Shown here: positions 19,322 through 26,133 of the stretch, one piece after another
How the letters are laid out: the number at the start of each line of letters is the position of its first letter
How positions within the stretch are numbered: position 1 is the first letter of the stretch
Virus record (IMG/VR): IMGVR_UViG_3300010047_000008
Coordinates: 1-33,311 of that record
Reading direction: 5' to 3' (one strand)
Length of the DNA: 33,311 nt
Source: a virus
Lineage: Duplodnaviria > Caudoviricetes
Translations under genes and position numbers: made by a program
Notes under the pieces: generated by a model
What the model saw: only the letters and a program-made list of their open reading frames with translations
The model's database searches: none
What the model was told of the DNA's origin: nothing

Positions 19322-19918
19322 TCAGTACGTTGACCAGGCTCCCCAGCCCTGCACCTGGTATACGTGCATCCCGCACGACAGGTTGAACCACGGGTCGAAC
19401 AGGTCGTCCGGGGAGCCGCCGCAGTCGTCGGCCCACATCGGCATGATCTGCAACAGGCCGCTGGCCCCGCTCGACCCGTTGTACGCGCCCGGCTCGCAGT
19501 TCGACTCCCGGCTCATGATCCGGCTCAACGGCTCGTACCACTGGTCAGCCGTCCAGCCCACGGCGAGAGCGGTGTCGGACCACTGTTCGCAGGCGGTGCC
19601 CTCGATGGTCTGGAACACCTCGTCGGCGCTGTCGCCATCCCCGCCGGAAGTGTTCGGTTCGCTTTCGGCGGCGGGTTGCGAACCACTGTCGGTCGAGTTC
19701 TCGGAGTCGTCGGAGGGCGCGGGCGCGGCGACCGGCTCTGGTTCGACCACGCCGTCCCGATCCCAGTCGTCGGTACACAGCGCACCACACTCGTCCTTCG
19801 CCCACGCTTCGGCGGCTGCCGGTTCCTGCCGGTGCCAGCGCAACCACGCCCGGGTTTGCGCGGGGGAGCAGGCGCAAAGAGTTGCGCCCGCGGCGAGAAT
19901 GGTGATGAGCTTCTTCAT
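19322..19918 (-). CDS. Lipoprotein with lysozyme-like/SLT transglycosylase domain
   Basis: MKKLITILAAGATLCA-C signal; IMSRES (catalytic Glu)...ASGLLQIMP...LFDP.FN...GWGAW. Confidence 0.85.
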   Translation of the reverse strand: MKKLITILAAGATLCACSPAQTRAWLRWHRQEPAAAEAWAKDECGALCTDDWDRDGVVEPEPVAAPAPSDDSENSTDSGSQPAAESEPNTSGGDGDSADEVFQTIEGTACEQWSDTALAVGWTADQWYEPLSRIMSRESNCEPGAYNGSSGASGLLQIMPMWADDCGGSPDDLFDPWFNLSCGMHVYQVQGWGAWSTY

Positions 19919-19967
19919 GCGGGTCGGCCTTTCGTGACGGTTCGGTTACGCCCGCTGCGAGTAGTTC

Positions 19968-20011
19968 AGCACCCCGGCGTGGGGCGGGTCCACCCCCTCA
20001 CGCCGGGGGCT
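19968..20011. terminator. GC-rich hairpin at the end of the lysis cassette
   Basis: CCCCGGCGTG ... CACGCCGGGG stem directly after the stop at 20013. Confidence 0.6.
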
Positions 20012-20012
20012 G

Positions 20013-20192
20013 TCATCGCAGCAGCGTGACGTACAGAATCACCATGCCGAAGCCGACCGCCACGGCGGCAAGACCGACCATCAGGCAGCCGACCCAGTCC
20101 TCAGCCGGGCCTTCGCCCCACTCCACATCGTCCTTCTCCCAGTCGAACGGGCGTGTCGGGTCAGGCGGGGGCCAAGGGGGGTCGGGATCCAT
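20013..20192 (-). CDS. 59-aa membrane protein (not in ORF track)
   Basis: MDPDPPWPPPDPTRPFDWE...WVGCLMVGLAAVAVGFGMVILYVTLLR; fills the gap. Confidence 0.55.
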   Translation of the reverse strand: MDPDPPWPPPDPTRPFDWEKDDVEWGEGPAEDWVGCLMVGLAAVAVGFGMVILYVTLLR

Positions 20193-20198
20193 CGAGGT

Positions 20199-20966
20199 CT
20201 ACGGGGCGGCGCACACAAAGATCTGGCGGGTGATGTCGTCAGGGTCACGCTCGTGGACCCCAAGCTCCTGGGCGGTGAACCCGGGCGGGCAGATCATGCC
20301 CGGCGGACCCGTCGGTCCGGTCTCACCCTGCGGGCCTTGCGGCCCGGTGTCCCCAGTCGCCCCGGCCGGGCCACGTGGCCCGATGTTGCCGCGTGGACCC
20401 TGCGGCCCGATCTGACCGCGCTGGCCTGCGGGGCCGCGGTCCCCTTTCGGGCCTGCCGGTCCCGTATCCCCGGGTATACCGGGATCGCCGGGCGGGCCTA
20501 TCGGACCGCGCTGACCAGCCGGGCCGGTGGCCCCGGGTGCGCCGGGGGGACCGGGAATCCCCCGCTCACCGGCCGCGCCCGGTATACCTTGACTCCCAGC
20601 CGGGCCGGTCGGCCCTTGGAGACCGCCCGTTCCCTGTGGTCCGGCCGGTCCGGTCTTGCCGACTGCTCCGGCTGGCCCGGCGGCTCCACGTGGGCCGCGC
20701 TCACCTGGGACGCCTTGCGTGCCCTGCTCACCCGCCGGACCGGCCTCGCCCGGCGGACCCTGCTCGCCTTGTGCCCCCGGAGGTCCGGGCGGGCCAGGGA
20801 CGCCCGACCCAGCGGCCCCCGGGGGCGGCTCGATGCTGGTGCTGCTCGTCGTCGCCGTCGTGTCGTAGTACGAACCGCCTGCGTAGCTGACGATCCCGGC
20901 GACCGTTCCGATTCCGAGCACGAGGATGACGGTGCCGATGATGCCCACACCCTGCGCCGGGGTCAC
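20199..20966 (-). CDS. Membrane-anchored collagen-like protein in the lysis cassette
   Basis: N-terminal TM helix, about 58 uninterrupted G-X-Y triplets, C-terminal CPPGF...C. Confidence 0.85.
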   Translation of the reverse strand: MTPAQGVGIIGTVILVLGIGTVAGIVSYAGGSYYDTTATTSSTSIEPPPGAAGSGVPGPPGPPGAQGEQGPPGEAGPAGEQGTQGVPGERGPRGAAGPAGAVGKTGPAGPQGTGGLQGPTGPAGSQGIPGAAGERGIPGPPGAPGATGPAGQRGPIGPPGDPGIPGDTGPAGPKGDRGPAGQRGQIGPQGPRGNIGPRGPAGATGDTGPQGPQGETGPTGPPGMICPPGFTAQELGVHERDPDDITRQIFVCAAP

Positions 20967-21331
20967 GGTTCAGTTTCCACCTTCGCCGTCCGGCTGCGTG
21001 GCTTGGCGGCGGCGGCGGCGGCGATGGCCTGCGCCTGCTGCTGCCCGGCGATGATCTTGTCCTGGGTGACGGCGGTGCCGTGACCGCGCCCGGCGATGAA
21101 CCCGATCAGCGCCCCGATGATCGTGTTCATGATGTCGGTGATCGTGGAGATCAGCGGCCCCAGGTCACGCTCCGGTTGGGCGATCATCAGGATCCCCAGC
21201 CCGGTGAGGCTGAGAATGAGCATGGTGCAGACCGTCACCACGAACACCTCGACCACGAACTCGACCATGTCCTTGGGGGGTGGCGGCATCGGGATCGGGT
21301 TGATGTGATGTTCCCGACCCGGCTCGCTCAT
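20963..21331 (-). CDS. Two-TM membrane protein
   Basis: MSEPGREHH...FVVEVFVVTVCTMLILSLTGLGILMI...IIGALIGFIAGR; ATGA overlap. Confidence 0.75.
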   Translation of the reverse strand: MSEPGREHHINPIPMPPPPKDMVEFVVEVFVVTVCTMLILSLTGLGILMIAQPERDLGPLISTITDIMNTIIGALIGFIAGRGHGTAVTQDKIIAGQQQAQAIAAAAAAKPRSRTAKVETEP

Positions 21332-21621
21332 GGCGTGTTCGGCGGTGCCTCGGCCTGACGCTGGGCGTAGGCCAGCTTCTCCAACGGTTCCAGCGGCACC
21401 ACGTTGGGCCGCACGAACATCTCCTGCACGAGCGCGAACGCGGCGGTGGTGATGCCGACGATGATGCCGCCGACCTTCTCGTCGTATACCCCACTCACCA
21501 GCAGCACCGTGTTCACGGCCTGGATGAACGTGAAGATCGCGGTCGCCACCCGCACCGGTTCGACGGCGAACAGCTTGCCGCCTTTCACGGTGGTCGGCGG
21601 GGCGTCGGCGGGGACGTTCAC
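21328..21621 (-). CDS. Holin-like two-TM protein
   Basis: EPV motif, two TM helices, VRPNVVP tail; downstream of the lysins; GTGA overlap. Confidence 0.65.
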   Translation of the reverse strand: MNVPADAPPTTVKGGKLFAVEPVRVATAIFTFIQAVNTVLLVSGVYDEKVGGIIVGITTAAFALVQEMFVRPNVVPLEPLEKLAYAQRQAEAPPNTP

Positions 21622-21701
21622 AGGATCTTGATCGCGATGATGACCGCGCACACCGCGGTGACGATGTTGGCAAGCGTGTTGAGGTTGATCTGGCCGTTCA
21701 C
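21618..21701 (-). CDS. 27-aa single-TM microprotein (not in ORF track)
   Basis: VNGQINLNTLANIVTAVCAVIIAIKIL; fills the gap exactly, GTGA overlap with the holin. Confidence 0.55.
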   Translation of the reverse strand: MNGQINLNTLANIVTAVCAVIIAIKIL

Positions 21702-21703
21702 GG

Positions 21704-22345
21704 CTACTTCGCTGCGACGAGCTTGTTGACGTTGAAGTCGATGCTGGCGAGATGCTCGCGGGCGGACTCCTGGTTGTCGCCCTTGCCCATCTGTTCAGCC
21801 CACACGATGTCGGCCACGGCGTTGAGGAACGCCTTGTCCTTGCTGAGACACTTCGCCGTCGTGGCGGCGACCTTCAAGATGTCGGCGTCAGTCACTTCAT
21901 CATCCTCCGGTAGTGCGAATGGGGTGAGGGTCCACGGGGTCGAGCGGTACGACCGGCCCGCCGGGATCTCCGACGGCTGGATGTGCCACGGCTCGTTGTT
22001 GACGTTGCGGAAGCTGCGCAGCCCGAACTTGGCGAGTTCGCCTTCCATCCAATCCCATGACGCCGCGGGCACTGTGTCGATGGCGACCGCACCCCCGGCG
22101 GTGCCGTTGGCCGGGAACCCTTCATGGTTCGAGTTGCCCGGCGGGGCGAACTGGGGTCCGGCGTTGACCGGCTGGATCCGCCAGCCGCAACCCACACCGA
22201 GCGCGATCCCCTTCGAGGACGCGTACTCGCACAGCGCGATATACCGCCGCCACATCTCGGGGTGCAGCTTGTTCACCGTCGTCAACTGTTCGAGTTGAGC
22301 GCGGCTCAACTGTTGGCTGCCGTAGCCGTACGGGAACGACGGCAT
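21704..22345 (-). CDS. Endolysin, peptidase M15 (D-Ala-D-Ala/LAS-type)
   Basis: GWR...FAPPGNSNHE...AID...FGL...EPWHIQP zinc motifs. Confidence 0.8.
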   Translation of the reverse strand: MPSFPYGYGSQQLSRAQLEQLTTVNKLHPEMWRRYIALCEYASSKGIALGVGCGWRIQPVNAGPQFAPPGNSNHEGFPANGTAGGAVAIDTVPAASWDWMEGELAKFGLRSFRNVNNEPWHIQPSEIPAGRSYRSTPWTLTPFALPEDDEVTDADILKVAATTAKCLSKDKAFLNAVADIVWAEQMGKGDNQESAREHLASIDFNVNKLVAAK

Positions 22346-22512
22346 CAATCAACGCCTTCCGGTATCTCGCCCTCGTCTCGGCCTTCCGGCCCCTGGAACT
22401 TCTCCGGGGCATCGTCCGGGTCGAGACCTTCGGGCAGGTCGGTGTCGTCGTCTTCGACGGCGTCAGCCTCGCCCTCGATGGGGACGGCTTCGCCTTCAAC
22501 TGCGTCGCTCAT
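22345..22512 (-). CDS. 55-aa highly acidic protein
   Basis: MSDAVEGEAVPIEGEADAVEDDD...; TGATG overlaps on both sides, GAGG RBS. Confidence 0.6.
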   Translation of the reverse strand: MSDAVEGEAVPIEGEADAVEDDDTDLPEGLDPDDAPEKFQGPEGRDEGEIPEGVD

Positions 22513-23465
22513 CAGAACCTCTTGGTCGCGCCGACGTACTTCTTGATGTTCTTGTCCTGCATCGTGTTCTTGATCTGACCCCACTTGGTCACCATCGCCG
22601 GACCGGCGTTGTCGTCGGTGGCGTTGGCCCAGACCAGACGGATCGTGTTGACCGCGCCGGGAGCCATCCGCAGCAGCGACTCGGCGTTGTCGATGTCGCC
22701 GCCGGAGTCGCTCACCCACAGGGAGTTGGTCCCGTCCCCGATGAAGTACGCGCCGTTCTCGCGCTTCGCTACACGCCAAACCATGTCCTCGTCCTCCTGT
22801 TCTGGCGGTGGGGTCGGGGTCGGGGTCGGCCCCGCTCCCGTCCATCGACGCTTCAACTCGGCTCGCAGATCGTCATAGCTCCACGACCCGGAACTGGTCA
22901 CCGACCGCGGCTTCCACGCCCCTTGCACCGCCGCCGCCGTACTGGGGTCGATCTTGCGGTCCGGGGCATACCCCTGGTGCGTCATCACGTCGGTCGGCTG
23001 GTTGCCGCACTTGGCGTTGATCTTGTTCGACAGCGCCATGACCATGTTGATCTGCTTCTCCGAGTACGGCGCGCCCGTGCCGTTGTTGCAGATCTCGATC
23101 CCGACGGCCCGCTTGTTCATGTCGTCCTTGGCGACGGTGCCACGTGAGAACGTCATCGGGGAGTTGATGCCGGAGCCGTTCGTGTTCGTCGCCCCTCCGG
23201 CCAGGACGAGACACACCTTCGAGTCGATGGTGATGTTCGAGATCGGGCGGGCGTCAGCCGAGTAGCACTGGTAGCGGGCGTCACCCCAGGCGTCGTCGCC
23301 ACCGGCAGTGTGATGCCACATCACGCACAGCGGCAGGCTGTCGTAGCCGCCCGACGAGCGTGCCCGATGCAGCCACGACGAGTCGAACACCGACCACGAG
23401 TACCCGGTTTCCTTCGCCGCTTCCGCGACCACGTCATCGAGCCAGTCGAGATAGATCGACCCCAT
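22512..23465 (-). CDS. Endolysin, N-acetylmuramoyl-L-alanine amidase (Amidase_2)
   Basis: VMWHHTA, AVGIEICNNG, VMTHQGYAPDRKIDP; PT linker followed by a C-terminal domain. Confidence 0.88.
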   Translation of the reverse strand: MGSIYLDWLDDVVAEAAKETGYSWSVFDSSWLHRARSSGGYDSLPLCVMWHHTAGGDDAWGDARYQCYSADARPISNITIDSKVCLVLAGGATNTNGSGINSPMTFSRGTVAKDDMNKRAVGIEICNNGTGAPYSEKQINMVMALSNKINAKCGNQPTDVMTHQGYAPDRKIDPSTAAAVQGAWKPRSVTSSGSWSYDDLRAELKRRWTGAGPTPTPTPPPEQEDEDMVWRVAKRENGAYFIGDGTNSLWVSDSGGDIDNAESLLRMAPGAVNTIRLVWANATDDNAGPAMVTKWGQIKNTMQDKNIKKYVGATKRF

Positions 23466-23842
23466 CAGCGGATCACCGTCCCCTCGATCTGCAACCAGCG
23501 GATGATGTCATCGACCAGGCCCAGCGCGACCGCTTGGGCGTCGGCGTCGAGGTCATGCCACGTGGCCTGCTCACCGAGGAACTGGCGGGCCTCGTGCAAC
23601 GCCAACGCCGACCCGTCCCGGCCCTTCTCGGCCAGGTGGTCGATCAGTTCCCGGGCGAGTGCGTAGCCGACCTCCTGCTCACCGGGGTCGAGGTCGTCCC
23701 ACGCCTGCTGTTCCTCCGCGGAGACACCCATCGCGTCCAGCCATCCCCGCACGTCGTGGATCCGGTGGGCCACGGCTAGTGGGTCGGGAACGTTGTCGGG
23801 GGCGTACGAGTCGGCTGGTTCCCAGTCACCGAAAGTGCTCAT
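23465..23842 (-). CDS. Hypothetical protein with internal duplication
   Basis: WDDLDPGEQEVG..LARELI..L and WHDLDADAQAVA..LVDDII..L; GGAGG RBS. Confidence 0.75.
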   Translation of the reverse strand: MSTFGDWEPADSYAPDNVPDPLAVAHRIHDVRGWLDAMGVSAEEQQAWDDLDPGEQEVGYALARELIDHLAEKGRDGSALALHEARQFLGEQATWHDLDADAQAVALGLVDDIIRWLQIEGTVIR

Positions 23843-23866
23843 GCGACCTCCCTTCGGCTGGACAGA

Positions 23867-24475
23867 TTACGCCTCTGTGGTGAATACGCCCGAGTAACAG
23901 GTGCCGACGCAGCCGTGCTCGTTGATCTGCTCGACGGTGCCGTGCCCGCCCAGCCAGCGGTCCAGATCCTCGCTGTTCAGAGTGTGCGGATGCCCGAGAG
24001 AGACGCCGTGGCCGACCCACTCGAACACCCGCACGAGTTTGGCGATTCGGGCCGCTTCGACGGCGATCTTCTCCGGGTCGATGACGTGTTGGAGGCAGTT
24101 CATGATCCATGCCTCATCGAACTCGTCATCGCCGTACAGGGGTAGCGTCACTTCTGCGGCTGCCCGGACCACCTCGATTCCGCTTCCCGTATACCGGGCA
24201 ATAGTCCAGTCGGGGTAGATGCCGGGATCCACGACCACACCTCGCCGCACGCCGAGCGTCTTCAACAGGGGGGACACCGGTCCGCCGCCGATGTCGATCA
24301 CCGACTGGGCGGCGACGCGGTATACGGGCCACTGCTCCCCGAGCGAGGTTTGCACCACCCCCATCCGGTGCAGGTAGACCTGCTGCTTCCATTCCTCCGA
24401 CCACGTGAGGGTGCAATCCCCCCACCATGCCGCCTCGAACGCGGCGTGCCGCGGGTCGTCGGCCGGGAACGTCAG
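23867..24475 (-). CDS. Class I SAM-dependent methyltransferase (start uncertain)
   Basis: VIDIGGGP (motif I), FDEAWIMNCLQHVIDP; start either CTG at 24475 or GTG at 24517. Confidence 0.8.
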   Translation of the reverse strand: MTFPADDPRHAAFEAAWWGDCTLTWSEEWKQQVYLHRMGVVQTSLGEQWPVYRVAAQSVIDIGGGPVSPLLKTLGVRRGVVVDPGIYPDWTIARYTGSGIEVVRAAAEVTLPLYGDDEFDEAWIMNCLQHVIDPEKIAVEAARIAKLVRVFEWVGHGVSLGHPHTLNSEDLDRWLGGHGTVEQINEHGCVGTCYSGVFTTEA

Positions 24476-24768
24476 GGCGCGATCCCTGCCGCCCAGGCGG
24501 CACCGTTCCAGTAGCACTGGCCTGCCGCGCCTGCGGTTGCGGTCTGCATGAACTGGCCGGGCTGCCACGGGGTCGCCGGGTTGGCGACGATGCCGCTGCT
24601 GGCGACGCTCGCCACATCCGCGGGTGGGGTCGATCCGGCCGGGGTCCACGTGCCGGGCGTCCCGACGGTTGCGCCGGTCGCGACCGGTGGCGGACCGCTT
24701 GGCCCACTCGGACCACTTGGCCCGGAAGCTCCGGCCAGGTGGGTGTCGTGCCTGCCCGTCATGACCAT
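24472..24768 (-). CDS. Stand-alone copy of the major-tail C-terminal repeat (decoration-like)
   Basis: Short GPS collagen linker then ATGAT.GTPGTWTP.G...W..GQF...YWNG.AW.AG.AP; GGAGG RBS before ATG 24768. Confidence 0.75.
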   Translation of the reverse strand: MVMTGRHDTHLAGASGPSGPSGPSGPPPVATGATVGTPGTWTPAGSTPPADVASVASSGIVANPATPWQPGQFMQTATAGAAGQCYWNGAAWAAGIAP

Positions 24769-24790
24769 GCCGTATACCTCCAAATCACAC

Positions 24791-24843
24791 GCGGACGGAG
24801 AGTGGTGAGGGGTCCATAACGTCCCTCACCACTCTCAATCCGC
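24791..24843. terminator. Hairpin after the major tail gene
   Basis: Perfect 14-bp stem GAGAGTGGTGAGGG (24798-24811) / CCCTCACCACTCTC (24823-24836), extendable by GCGGA/TCCGC. Confidence 0.75.
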
Positions 24844-24852
24844 TCCCCAGAA

Positions 24853-26052
24853 CTACGGGGCGACACCTGCCGTCCAGGCCGTCCCGTTCCAGTACGCCTG
24901 CCCAGCAGCCCCGGCGGTGCCGGTCTGCATGAACGACCCGGTTCCCCAGGCCGTAGCGGACGGGGAGGCGGCAACGGTGACCGGGTTCCCGGCTTGCAGG
25001 TTCGCCACGCTCGACGGCGGGGTCGCACCAGTCGGGGTCCACGTGCCTGCGACACCGGGCACTTCGGTGGCACCGGATGCCGGACCGGCCGGGGCTGCCC
25101 CGACCTGCCACTGGTTGCCGTCCCAGTACGCCTGGGTGGCGTCGCCCAGCACGACATGCTGACCGTTCTGCCACTGAGCGGGTGGTTCGGCCTGAATGGT
25201 CGAGTTGGACAGTTCCGTGAACGTCTCCGGGGCGACCGAGCCGACCGGGGTCCAGAAGCCCGGAGTACCAGCCGTCGCACCAGTCGCCAGATCGGCACCG
25301 CACCCCAGCGAGTTGTCCGGGGTGTACGTCCACGCCCCGGTCCAGCCCAGGTTCGGCTTGGACTGCGACCGGACGTAGCTGAACGGATTCGTCAGCGCCG
25401 CCCGGTAGGTGACGAAGTCCTCGCCTGCGCCCATCGCCGGGTTGAGTCCGTTGGCGGTGAGGGCGTCGTTGCCGACCCCGGTCCCGGTGAACTCGTTGGC
25501 GAGCGCGCCGTTGGTGAACTCGCGGTCACCCTCGTAGCGGACCCGCACGTACGGGAACACCCAGTGGTAGTACGGGGTGCAGGCGGCGGGCTTGCCGCGG
25601 ACGATGGCCTTCGACCAGATCTCGATGGCTACCGGGTTCCCGACGGTGGCCCCGACCGCCGGACTCGTATACCCGATCACGGTCCCTGCGGACTGGCAGA
25701 TCGGGTTGTCCGGGCCGGGCGGCGCGGTGGGGTCGGTCAGGATGTCGGTGGCGGCACAGATGATCTTGCCTCCGGCGATCAGCGCCGATGCTTCCGGGTC
25801 AGGTGAGCACAGCGACAGGTTGAAGGTGATTCCCTTCATCGAGTCGTCGGCCTTGAACTGGATGCAGATCGAGCCGTCCGCGGCCTTCTCGGTGATCTCG
25901 TCGCCGTCCTCGAACTCCGTGCCGAACGACGCCGAGATGAACCCGTTTGTCGTCAGGATCGGCTTGTTCGTGTCGATGCTCCCATCAACGTTCAACGGGG
26001 TGATGCGGATCGCGTCACCCTGGATGCTTGCCGCTCCGTCTCTCGCTGCCAT
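24853..26052 (-). CDS. Major tail protein with two C-terminal accessory repeats
   Basis: IRIT.L...G.......T.GFIS....E.EDGDEITEK.ADG.IC......L.LC..DP and YYHWVFPY pattern of actinophage tail tube proteins; AAGGAGG RBS. Confidence 0.8.
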   Translation of the reverse strand: MAARDGAASIQGDAIRITPLNVDGSIDTNKPILTTNGFISASFGTEFEDGDEITEKAADGSICIQFKADDSMKGITFNLSLCSPDPEASALIAGGKIICAATDILTDPTAPPGPDNPICQSAGTVIGYTSPAVGATVGNPVAIEIWSKAIVRGKPAACTPYYHWVFPYVRVRYEGDREFTNGALANEFTGTGVGNDALTANGLNPAMGAGEDFVTYRAALTNPFSYVRSQSKPNLGWTGAWTYTPDNSLGCGADLATGATAGTPGFWTPVGSVAPETFTELSNSTIQAEPPAQWQNGQHVVLGDATQAYWDGNQWQVGAAPAGPASGATEVPGVAGTWTPTGATPPSSVANLQAGNPVTVAASPSATAWGTGSFMQTGTAGAAGQAYWNGTAWTAGVAP

Positions 26053-26079
26053 CTCACACCTCCTTCATCAGGTGTTGGT

Positions 26080-26121
26080 TCCCCGACCCGGAGAGGTCGC
26101 ATGGCGCGTCCGGGCCGGGGA
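26080..26121. terminator. Hairpin between the capsid and tail genes
   Basis: TCCCCGACCCGGA ... TCCGGGCCGGGGA 13-bp stem (one G-U pair on the minus-strand RNA). Confidence 0.55.
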
Positions 26122-26133
26122 GGACGGTTGGGA

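Noticed and set aside
19919-20012. c-di-AMP (ydaO) riboswitch upstream of the transglycosylase, as for Streptomyces rpfA
   Set aside because: Only short fragments (GCTGAA, CCGAACCGTCA) resemble it; the space is too short and dominated by one simple hairpin. An Rfam scan would settle it.
24769-24860. Tail assembly chaperone with programmed frameshift after the major tail gene
   Set aside because: The next gene is a repeat-domain protein; no chaperone pair, slippery site or tape measure gene follows.
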